Below, piece after piece: positions 19,101-27,015 of a stretch of 64,000 nt of DNA. The stretch is from a virus (taxonomy: Duplodnaviria; Caudoviricetes). Within the stretch, counting starts at the first letter, position 1. Every line of letters starts with the position of its first letter. A model generated the notes under the pieces. It searched no databases, was not told the DNA's origin, and saw nothing but the letters and a program-made list of their open reading frames with translations. The stretch lies in IMG/VR virus record IMGVR_UViG_3300023435_000009, one strand, 5' to 3'. The position numbers and the translations under genes were made by a program.

Positions 19101-19575
19101 GGCCACGGAGATTGTGAAGCAGGGCAGGGCTGACAAACGGAAAGAGCAAGTAGAAAACATCACCAGTTACCTGCGGCAGACAGGGATGAGTAAGACCTCG
19201 GCTGAGGGTGGAGCGGAGGCGCTCGTTAGTGGCAAGGGGGTGGGGTCGCAGGCAGGGCTGAAGGATCGAGCGGCACTGATCCTCCGAGACCTGGGCGATT
19301 CAGAATCTCTTTCCCCCGCTGCTGCTTTGCAGTTGAATGAGTGGCTGGACAAACCCAAGGCTGAGGACTTTGTCATGCAGGTGGGTCGGGGCGGCATCAA
19401 GTTTGCCCAGCGGGTGGACGCTAACGACGTGGGGGTCTTCTCGAAGCCTGGTGGGGCCTTGAGTCAAGCGGGTAAAGGCGGCGGTAAGGGGTCGAATACT
19501 TTCCATCTCTACGGTGAAGGTCCAGGGGTTCTGAGCATGATCACCAGGGCACAGGATGCGGGGCTGTTGAGTTAA
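16144..19575 (+). CDS. tape measure protein
   Basis: 1143 aa, helical, Ala/Gly/Lys/Glu-rich, one hydrophobic segment (LGPALIAIGSIAAGFAAIVAILLMV); canonical position. Confidence 0.85.
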   Translation: MAQANDTALRVMIDPDLKGLKPFKTGLVKVVAEATTTMTKNMATKIATAMKGQYKELEMSARKVVAIETALRTKNFSVERKARLQLQLDEHKVRTGLLEKNFKKELRQEGLIQKRRTKSLEKVMSSQAVTRKAGELGEKFGTEIQSAFEDLTSKDLSRMMKGPLTQLGTLTQKAGEGMVKKGKDGGAMGGVGKILAQLGPALIAIGSIAAGFAAIVAILLMVDSHAKELHHTILESGVAAGELTGKFGELDTQLGHVRETFTLASDFNRIWGTTAKDHLEVLGAYAEAGLTFREIRGNVKNVREEMEKLRDATQLTMVYSKLFGQGTQVMAGNIATWMEELGADFKTVQEGLSAIHIAARDSGFGIKRFYGMVLQATSGMSMYNVRLNETAGMLMTLGKILGASKAGEYIQGLTKGFTDESMTDRIVRVKTTGARKTQQIIGGSAEDISRDFMEKLINQSAAGGAEVAGLLKGIGVDLDPTNLAKMSKAHRAAAADELVDKLSKMSEDKLTDLLTDAALSGNEDLVRQLTNLQQVAGGVGGDEFAMAKALGGLDIGGKLAMTLAQGQSFIGKPLHEMGLKQLIAFEKMSGITGESLQQLIRIDRTMHGNWEKLDKQAKEGQQLSRDDMEDQIKAYGAAVKDGAVYSAHLAENGTIQWGEKLDNMADYIQGQGDIFAQAAKDGLAPDIQLAQDIARNTTEIAKVLEQGVEYWLEKIHHGVEDIVNWLGGGDDKAVRGAVSDKINKELEKNRDEQGELSKKISKWQSEIPTETAEGKDALRAKIGAAEMTLTRQRTKAAVLDKDLRTLSRQTSRGLFTPGRTEEEVRSQLHLGAPDATQTRAIPTSARKAGMKEALAAAAKASEVAQAAKPYPTTRDAADVAERRLDKRTQLAQYWTKRKMTAETGGGTFAKPDTSEGQTIDGTYYMPSQMEEAWEDVQKANTEDIISQMEADTAKQNQTLKDQTRVLEVADDKFFTKGYAKSRAAELATEIVKQGRADKRKEQVENITSYLRQTGMSKTSAEGGAEALVSGKGVGSQAGLKDRAALILRDLGDSESLSPAAALQLNEWLDKPKAEDFVMQVGRGGIKFAQRVDANDVGVFSKPGGALSQAGKGGGKGSNTFHLYGEGPGVLSMITRAQDAGLLS

Positions 19576-19576
19576 G

Positions 19577-20206
19577 ATGGCACTAGGTTCAGGCAAAACG
19601 AGTCCCATTTTCAGGTCGGCATTCAAGTCGGCACAGGATGAGTTTGACCCGAGCCTTGCCGTCCGGCCTTTTGTTTTTGACATCCTCGGCCCGGACATGG
19701 AGACCAGCATCCTACCCGAGAGCCTGAAGCTCCTCCTTCACGTCCCCCCTCAGTCCGTGGAGTTCAATTACGCCAAACAGATCGAGCGCATCCAGACCCG
19801 AGGGGGTTTCGTAGAGCAGCACTGGGGGGAGGGTGCCCGAACCATCAATTTCAACATGGTCACGGGTGGCTTCATGCGGGCTTACTCTGGGTTGTCCAAC
19901 ATCACAGGTGGCCCCGGAAGTTTTGACACCGGAGGCACCCGGCGGGAGACCATTGCCTACGACAAGTATCTAGACCTGTTGGCCCTGTTCCACAACAACG
20001 GAAGCATCTACGACGTTGCTGGTAAAATCGTGTTCCAGGGTATCATCAAGGTGACCTTCGACGGGGGTGTCCATCTGGGTTGGTTCTCTGCCTTTACTGT
20101 GTCAGAGGACGCTGCGGAACCATTCCAGTTTCAGCTTACGGCGAACTTCACGATTGACCGAGAGGTGCTACGCTTCCGGTCTCGTGTTCCCGGCCTGGTC
20201 GGGTAG
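19577..20206 (+). CDS. tail tube initiator/baseplate centre protein (gp48/gp54-like)
   Basis: Directly after the tape measure gene; LHVPPQSVEFNYAKQIERIQTRGGFVEQHWGEG...GWFSAFTVSEDAAEPFQFQLTANF is a tube-like fold pattern. Confidence 0.65.
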   Translation: MALGSGKTSPIFRSAFKSAQDEFDPSLAVRPFVFDILGPDMETSILPESLKLLLHVPPQSVEFNYAKQIERIQTRGGFVEQHWGEGARTINFNMVTGGFMRAYSGLSNITGGPGSFDTGGTRRETIAYDKYLDLLALFHNNGSIYDVAGKIVFQGIIKVTFDGGVHLGWFSAFTVSEDAAEPFQFQLTANFTIDREVLRFRSRVPGLVG

Positions 20207-20214
20207 GGGGGCGC

Positions 20215-21966
20215 ATGCCTTTTGATGACCCATGGGCATTGGCTGATGAGCTAGAGCAACGAGACTACCAGGACACATTGGTCAAGCAGCGAAATGAGGC
20301 TTACAAGAAGGAACAGAAGGAGTTAGCGAAAAAGGGATGGGCGCTGGTAAAGGAGTGGTGGCAGGAAGATTCCGGGGTTTTCCATCATGAGGAATTCCCA
20401 GACAACTCACAGGCTCAGTCAATCCCTGGAAGCACTACTGCAAAGTCGGGATCAGGGTCTAAGCCAAAGGCACCGGCACCCCCACAGGCTCAGGTGTACG
20501 ATCCGGCCAAGCCTGACGCCGCAGTTCCTGATGATCCTGGCCTTTCCACACAGGAGAACCTGGGTGCTCTCCAGCAGGACTATGAGGATCATTTAGGGGG
20601 CTTGGACCCTAGCGACCGCTTCGGCAGTACTGACCCTGGGGACAGGCTGAACCTGTACAATCGCAGCAGGGACGAACTGGTGGCCCAATCAGTAAAGACT
20701 CCGCCTGCACCCGCTGAGTTCCTGCCCCTTCAGGTCGGCCCCGAGGTGGGGATCGAGGTAGAGAACTCGTTGCTGCCCTCCCCCGAGGCGTCTCAGGCGC
20801 TTCTTCGTCAGTTGTCCCCCTTCATGTTCCAGGTGGAACCCCCGCTGCCTTTCGGTGAGGACGGTGGATTTCTGGCAAGACAGGGGAACAACATCAGCCT
20901 GGATGCCTTTGCCAATGCAATGTCGGGCTACAAGGGTTACGAGGCCGCTCGGACAGCGGTGGCTCAGTCTGCCTTGGCTGTAGGAGTCAACGGGAAGACT
21001 GGATCCCTCCAGGGTTTCATTCAGGCCAACTCCCAGAAGGAGCATCTGACCTGGGGGGAGGTCCAGCCCACCACAAGCCAAACGAACCTTGGAGAACCCG
21101 CCATCGCTGATATGCTGGCGGCGGTTGATATCGCCCGACAGGTTTCAGGGATCATGCAGATCCCACCGCTGGTGATGCTCATCAACCCTGCGTCTCTTTC
21201 TATGGATTACACGAAGATCCAACAGTTCCAGGAGCGGACCCGGTACGGGTTCGTATTCCATGCCTGGGGCGAGGAGCAGCCGACGCTTTCCATCTCGGCT
21301 CGTTGCGGTGCCTTTGTGTCCGGGGGCCGGGGGGTCCAGTACGCCAGCAAGCGGGACTCCCTTTCCTGGCAGAACCTGATGAACGCTTTTCACCTCTACA
21401 AGAGCAACGGGTATATCTATGACACCATTGGCAAGTCCAACGCCCACCATTTCGTTGGGGCCTTGTCGATTCATTATGACCAGTGGGTCTACTATGGACA
21501 CATCGAGAGTTTCAACTGGACCTATGATGAGGGTAATGAGCTTGGTGGTGTGGAGTTTTCCATTGAATTCACCGTGTCGGCAATGGCGGATATGGCACAG
21601 CAGCCTTTCGTAGTCATGCCCATGAAGTCCCCGACGCTCAGTCCAAGTGATCCTCGGTACTATGGAGAAGCAAATCAGGCCCAGAACCAGCCAGGAAATT
21701 ACTCGGTTGGGTTAGGTCCTGATGGGAAGCCTCGGGTGACAACTCAGGGACACATTGCCACCGGAGATGATTTCGGGGTTTTGGTGCCTGGTGGTTTGGA
21801 GTCCCCCTTGGAAAAAGGAACGGGGTTCACCAAGTCAGGAGGAGGCACTGGTGGGACTCCTGTGGGTTCCGGTGGTTTTGAGGACCCCAAAGTTAATGAA
21901 CCCCTTGGGCAACGTATCGTGACGACAGAGGCCACGCAGTTTTCCGGGCCTTTTGGACTGAGGTAA
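20215..21966 (+). CDS. second tube-initiator-like protein with a long N-terminal extension
   Basis: Internal domain LINPASLSMDYTKIQQFQERTRYGFVFHAWGEE...GHIESFNWTYDE...EFSIEF is paralogous by eye to 19577..20206. Confidence 0.6.
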   Translation: MPFDDPWALADELEQRDYQDTLVKQRNEAYKKEQKELAKKGWALVKEWWQEDSGVFHHEEFPDNSQAQSIPGSTTAKSGSGSKPKAPAPPQAQVYDPAKPDAAVPDDPGLSTQENLGALQQDYEDHLGGLDPSDRFGSTDPGDRLNLYNRSRDELVAQSVKTPPAPAEFLPLQVGPEVGIEVENSLLPSPEASQALLRQLSPFMFQVEPPLPFGEDGGFLARQGNNISLDAFANAMSGYKGYEAARTAVAQSALAVGVNGKTGSLQGFIQANSQKEHLTWGEVQPTTSQTNLGEPAIADMLAAVDIARQVSGIMQIPPLVMLINPASLSMDYTKIQQFQERTRYGFVFHAWGEEQPTLSISARCGAFVSGGRGVQYASKRDSLSWQNLMNAFHLYKSNGYIYDTIGKSNAHHFVGALSIHYDQWVYYGHIESFNWTYDEGNELGGVEFSIEFTVSAMADMAQQPFVVMPMKSPTLSPSDPRYYGEANQAQNQPGNYSVGLGPDGKPRVTTQGHIATGDDFGVLVPGGLESPLEKGTGFTKSGGGTGGTPVGSGGFEDPKVNEPLGQRIVTTEATQFSGPFGLR

Positions 21967-21969
21967 CGG

Positions 21970-24900
21970 ATGGGCTTAATGCACAGACCTTATGTTGGCA
22001 CCTGGAGGTTGGGCCAGCGCAAAGTTGTCCAGCACACACCTGATGCCCTCGTGTACATCAACGGGGACATCTCTCTTCCTGGTTGCCAGAAGTGCCATAG
22101 CGCAATCAACATCCAGCAGTTTGTGACATCGGTGTCAGTGGACGCTGGTTGTGACGCAGCGGGGGCGTCAGGTAACTTTACATTGAGCGTTCCGGTCCAC
22201 CACATAGATTCGTTCGCTCGTGATGCCCAGTTCCTCCTGCACCCAGGGTTGGAGGTTCACATCTACATGCGGGGGTACTTCCCTGTGAAGGGGCTGTATT
22301 CCAATCTGGGAACAGCCATGAACAACCCCGAGATCACGTTTGAAGCCTCGGGTGAGTCTAACATCGACTACAGCAACACCACGTACAGCGGGCACATGGA
22401 GTCCACCCTGGGCGAGACACCGATCCTCATTCCTGGGGTGGACCTGAAAAAGAATGTCCAACTGGAGGCTTACGCAGCGCAGTTGGATCAACTGTGGGCC
22501 TTGGAGGGGCCTCAGACAATCCAAGATTTTCCTCGGGAACGGGTTCTCTACATTGCGATGGCAGCGTCCGAGGAAACGGGGGTTCCCCTAGAGTGGCTGC
22601 TGGGCAATCTGATGCGGGAGAGCAAAATCCTGCCAGCGGGTCGGAATCAAGAGAAGAAGGATTCGGAAACGGAACCGGACACTAACACGGCTTTCGGGTC
22701 CACTCAGGTTTTAAGTAAGTGGTTTGACAACTTTGCCGAAGATCCCCGGATCACTTGGGAACATTCCGATTTGATTGACCCCCGGTTGGCTACCTGGACG
22801 ATGGCTTACACATACCAGAACGCCATGAAGGGCAAGGATTCTGACACGTTGACGGATCTGTGGGCTGGGGAGTTGTGGAGGGGGAAAAACGTCGGTCTTG
22901 ATGGTTCCAATGCACCCGCAGAACAGCGTGCTAAAACTATTGGGGAGTTTAAGGATCACCTGGCATACTGGAAGGGCGAGGCAGCAGGGGTGACTACTGA
23001 CGATTATGCACCGGGTTCTGAGCCGGTCTCAGCCCCTGTTGTGACACCCACACCGGGGTCCACCGTCAACCCCTCGGATGTGTCGTGGGGTGACTCTTTG
23101 GTGAACGAGGCCGGATTGTCCGGGGTTGAGCTTGAGAACATGTTGGCCTACCCCTACTACCACACCTTCCACGGGGTGGTGACGTCGGTGGCACACTCCT
23201 GGAGCGCTGGATCACAGAACATCACCATCCAGTGCGCCTCAATGCTCCATTTCTGGCAGTATCACCAGATGAGCACCAATGCTTCCCTCTTCGGGGCACG
23301 CCCTCAAAACTCTAAAGCCCGTGTGTCCATGGTTGGGCACAATTTCACGGGGATGCACCCCTACGAGATCATGTACACGCTGCACAATGACACCGCTGGG
23401 GCGGCTGGTGGTGTCGCCTATGCTTTGTCCAAGAAGACGAACCAGACTGCTCGTTCACCAATTACGGGGGAGAGCCTTTTCAGTTTGAACCTGAGATACT
23501 GGCAGCACCGTTTCAATCAGCGGGAAACGAAGCTCCGTCTCCACGGTGCTTCAGGGTCGTTGTTCAACTCGGCACAGGCCACCTTCCTGAGTCGTCTTAA
23601 GGGTTCAGAGCTTACCCGGTTACTGAAAAGTCGCTTCCAGGACAAGGGTACAAGTCGGTCGGGTGACATTTTTTCTGCTGCATTGACATTAGGGCTGCTG
23701 AGACCTTCTAGCGAGGACCGCCGGAAGCAGATGATTGAGGCCCTGAAGTTCGCACGATCGAACCCGAACAACCCTGATTCTCCTACTCCGTCATTCGAGT
23801 TGAACCTGGCCGAAATGATTGCTTTCGTGAACAACATCTCCCAATGGGGCCAGGTGCAGCTTTTCGAGAGCACCTACGAGTCCAAACTGGACATCGCACA
23901 GAAGGTGTGTGAGGTCACGGGGTTCGAGTTCTACCAGGATGTGGATGGGGACTTCGTCTTCAAGCCCCCAATGTACAATCTGGACACCTCCGGCAGTCGT
24001 GTGTACCGGCTGGAGGACATCGACATCATCTCCATCAACTTTGACGAGAAGGAACCCCAGGTCACCTACATGACCGTGAAGGGGACGTTCACCAAAAACA
24101 TCGTGGGGCATGGGGTCGAGGGGGAGTGGGGGGTTCAGGGCCAGTATATCGACTACCGTTTGGTCGCACAATTTGGGTGGCGTCCAGGAAATTATGAAAC
24201 GGCGTATTTCAATGACACCAAGTCGATGTTCTTCTCCGCCATCAACCGCATGGACATAATGAACGCTCCTGCCAACTCCGCTTCGGTAACGATCCCGATG
24301 CGTCCTGAGTTGCGTCCTGGGTATCCCGTGTACATCCCCTATCTGGACTGTTTCTACTACTGCAACAGTTTCGCTCACGCCTATCAGGTGGGTGGCCAGT
24401 GTACCACCACGCTACAACTTATTGGGAAGCGGGCCAAGTTCTATGCTCCGGGGGATCCAGCGCAAGTGGAGACCCTGGGGACGAACCCCGTGTTGTCCGG
24501 CATCGATGCTATTAAGTTGGATTATCCAGCCTTCCCACCCACTCCGCTTGAGGTACAGGGAAAGGACGGGAGACCACAGTTGTCGGGGTTCCCCAACGTG
24601 GTGATGGCCCTTGACCCGGAACAGTTCAATCCGTTGTTCTTCCTTGTTGGATCCGATATCGACTCCTTGGACTCCTACCAGTCTCTCTTTGGGCTTCTCA
24701 AGATGGGGGTGGATCTCAACATCCTCACGGTGACGGATAAGGGAAATCCAGGACCGCTGTTCACGATGTCCGCTGATGATGGGAACACAATCAGTTTCTG
24801 GTACCCCACGGACCCGTCGCAACCAAATGAGCTGGGGGGGATCCCCATCAAGGTGGTTGCTGCAATGTATCAGGACAGGCAGGCAAAGTTCACAATAAAC

Positions 24901-27015
24901 CAGGTACAATTGCGGAAGGACTTTGAAAAAGCCAACAGGGCACTGGGAGTGGCCCAAAATAAACAGTCTGATTTGAACAAAAACGATGTGCAGTCCACTG
25001 CGAAGGACAAAACAAAGGCACAGGCAGCGGTGACTGCGGCTGAGGCCAAGGTTGCTAAAGTCAGAGCCCAGTTCGACTCAGCAATAACTGCCTTTGATGA
25101 AAGCCTGGGGGACTCATCCGACACCGCCTCGGTAGGCTATTTCGTGGAGCTTATCCGAAGGACAGGGAATCGGTTCCTCAAGGACGCACAGTTCGGGACA
25201 GCCTACAAGGATCCCAACGCCACCACGACCCTCCTGGACCTGTTGGGGGACAAGAAGGCGTCTCTTTCCAATGGTTCACTGCCTGGGATGTACCGTTACT
25301 ACTCGGCGTCACATCCTCAGAAAGAGTACCAAGGGCAACCCGTAAAGAAGATCAAAAAAACGGACACCGGAACTAGCAGCGATACACTGACGCCCAATGA
25401 CATGGCGGGGAAAACACTGCCCGTGCCGACGTTCCTGCCCTCCAATGAGATCGAGATCCAGCCTAATGGGGTACTGCCCCAGGCGCAGTTGGGGGCACGA
25501 GTTCCCATCTGGGGGATCAAGGTGTTGACCAACAGGATAGCGGGGGGTGAGTTCGTTCCTACCAACGAGATCCGGGAGATGATGTTTAGTCCCGTAGAGG
25601 TCACATTGTCACGGGGGAAGTCCAAGACTATAAAGCGTTCCTGGAGTTTGGAGTTTGGGGGCGGGTTCCTTTCCAAGGTGGAAAGTCAGATTGTGACCCT
25701 GGCTGCCAAAGCGACTCTGGAGCAAACACCGCAAAGCCTGTTCTCGGTGTGGTTGACCCTATTCAATAGTACGGGTCTCGTGCTGGCTGCTCTTGCAGCA
25801 AACGCTCATGGCACAGCGCCGATTGCAGATCTTTCCACATTTGTTGTGATTCCCGACGCTTTTTATGCCTTTGGTGCCGTGTGGCCAAGTACCACCCCAC
25901 TCAGCACCTACAAACTGGCGGACAACCCCAGTGCCTCCAAGAAATTGTTTCGGGGTTCCTCTACCAGGAATTCCATCGATGTGTGGAAGAACGTGGCTCA
26001 GTGGTTCGCTGGGAATGTGCAGGAGCAGGTGCGAGCCATTAAGGACCAGTGGTTGGAGAGCACCGTAGCCCAAGAAACCAGCCACCAGACCACAATGGAG
26101 AGATTGGACCTTTTTGTGAAAACTTTGGCCGGTCCCTACGGTGACACGGTCCCCAAGAAGTTTTCTGAATCATGGACGGTCAGGACACCCATCACGGTGT
26201 TAGCGTACCCTCCTGTGTTCCCCGTGTCCGACGCTCGTGGCTACACCGTGATCGGCTCCTATCGTTACGGGCGGGACGTGGACACAGACCCCGGTGGTGT
26301 CCTGGATCAGTTGACCAGGCAGGACCCTCTCTCCCTGTTGAGCCAAGATCTGGTGGAGGACATTGTAGACGTCATCACCCTGGGTAAAGGTGATGATTCC
26401 GTGAAGGAGGTTGAGCGCAAGGTTTTGCAAAGCCTCCGAGACAACTTGACGGATGAGCAGATCCTGGACCTGGGGTTGGCCCGAACGACTGGTGACCCCA
26501 CGGAGCTACAGATCAATCTTATCAACTTCCTGACGGACAAGGCCAAGGATGGGGTCCACAAGATCCCGTTGGTGAATGCTGGGTATTCACTGGCTGAACT
26601 GACATCAGGACTCAAGACGACGACCTGCACCTGTAAGGCAGCGGAGGCTGACATCCTGTTGGACATTGCGGGGCATGCTGATTTTATCCAGGTGGACACT
26701 CCCGGATCCCCGACTAGTTCCCCGTTGCCGTTGGCCTTGGGGGAACAGGGACTGGATGATGTGACCAGATTGCTGATGTCCTCATCGATGGGTCCGGCCT
26801 TGGATTGGGAGATGTCCCAGGAGGCTCTGCGGGGTTCCCTTCCGGACATGAAGCCCAGCAGTGTCGTGAGGACCATCAAGGATCTTAAAAAGACCTATGA
26901 GGACTTCGCCGCCCAGCAGAAGGCAGCGGCGGACAACCTGAAAAGCACTAGCAAAAACGTCATCGGTCAGGCCAACGAGGGCGTAGTAGACGCTTTCACG
27001 GGTGAGGAGAACTAA
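21970..27015 (+). CDS. baseplate hub protein (gp27/VgrG-N-like) with an inserted lytic transglycosylase-like domain
   Basis: Hub motifs (IAQKVCEVTGFEFYQDVDGDFVFKPP; SASVTIPMRPELRPGYPVYI) plus an SLT-like insert (AASEETGVPLEWLLGNLMRES...AFGSTQV). Confidence 0.75.
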   Translation: MGLMHRPYVGTWRLGQRKVVQHTPDALVYINGDISLPGCQKCHSAINIQQFVTSVSVDAGCDAAGASGNFTLSVPVHHIDSFARDAQFLLHPGLEVHIYMRGYFPVKGLYSNLGTAMNNPEITFEASGESNIDYSNTTYSGHMESTLGETPILIPGVDLKKNVQLEAYAAQLDQLWALEGPQTIQDFPRERVLYIAMAASEETGVPLEWLLGNLMRESKILPAGRNQEKKDSETEPDTNTAFGSTQVLSKWFDNFAEDPRITWEHSDLIDPRLATWTMAYTYQNAMKGKDSDTLTDLWAGELWRGKNVGLDGSNAPAEQRAKTIGEFKDHLAYWKGEAAGVTTDDYAPGSEPVSAPVVTPTPGSTVNPSDVSWGDSLVNEAGLSGVELENMLAYPYYHTFHGVVTSVAHSWSAGSQNITIQCASMLHFWQYHQMSTNASLFGARPQNSKARVSMVGHNFTGMHPYEIMYTLHNDTAGAAGGVAYALSKKTNQTARSPITGESLFSLNLRYWQHRFNQRETKLRLHGASGSLFNSAQATFLSRLKGSELTRLLKSRFQDKGTSRSGDIFSAALTLGLLRPSSEDRRKQMIEALKFARSNPNNPDSPTPSFELNLAEMIAFVNNISQWGQVQLFESTYESKLDIAQKVCEVTGFEFYQDVDGDFVFKPPMYNLDTSGSRVYRLEDIDIISINFDEKEPQVTYMTVKGTFTKNIVGHGVEGEWGVQGQYIDYRLVAQFGWRPGNYETAYFNDTKSMFFSAINRMDIMNAPANSASVTIPMRPELRPGYPVYIPYLDCFYYCNSFAHAYQVGGQCTTTLQLIGKRAKFYAPGDPAQVETLGTNPVLSGIDAIKLDYPAFPPTPLEVQGKDGRPQLSGFPNVVMALDPEQFNPLFFLVGSDIDSLDSYQSLFGLLKMGVDLNILTVTDKGNPGPLFTMSADDGNTISFWYPTDPSQPNELGGIPIKVVAAMYQDRQAKFTINQVQLRKDFEKANRALGVAQNKQSDLNKNDVQSTAKDKTKAQAAVTAAEAKVAKVRAQFDSAITAFDESLGDSSDTASVGYFVELIRRTGNRFLKDAQFGTAYKDPNATTTLLDLLGDKKASLSNGSLPGMYRYYSASHPQKEYQGQPVKKIKKTDTGTSSDTLTPNDMAGKTLPVPTFLPSNEIEIQPNGVLPQAQLGARVPIWGIKVLTNRIAGGEFVPTNEIREMMFSPVEVTLSRGKSKTIKRSWSLEFGGGFLSKVESQIVTLAAKATLEQTPQSLFSVWLTLFNSTGLVLAALAANAHGTAPIADLSTFVVIPDAFYAFGAVWPSTTPLSTYKLADNPSASKKLFRGSSTRNSIDVWKNVAQWFAGNVQEQVRAIKDQWLESTVAQETSHQTTMERLDLFVKTLAGPYGDTVPKKFSESWTVRTPITVLAYPPVFPVSDARGYTVIGSYRYGRDVDTDPGGVLDQLTRQDPLSLLSQDLVEDIVDVITLGKGDDSVKEVERKVLQSLRDNLTDEQILDLGLARTTGDPTELQINLINFLTDKAKDGVHKIPLVNAGYSLAELTSGLKTTTCTCKAAEADILLDIAGHADFIQVDTPGSPTSSPLPLALGEQGLDDVTRLLMSSSMGPALDWEMSQEALRGSLPDMKPSSVVRTIKDLKKTYEDFAAQQKAAADNLKSTSKNVIGQANEGVVDAFTGEEN

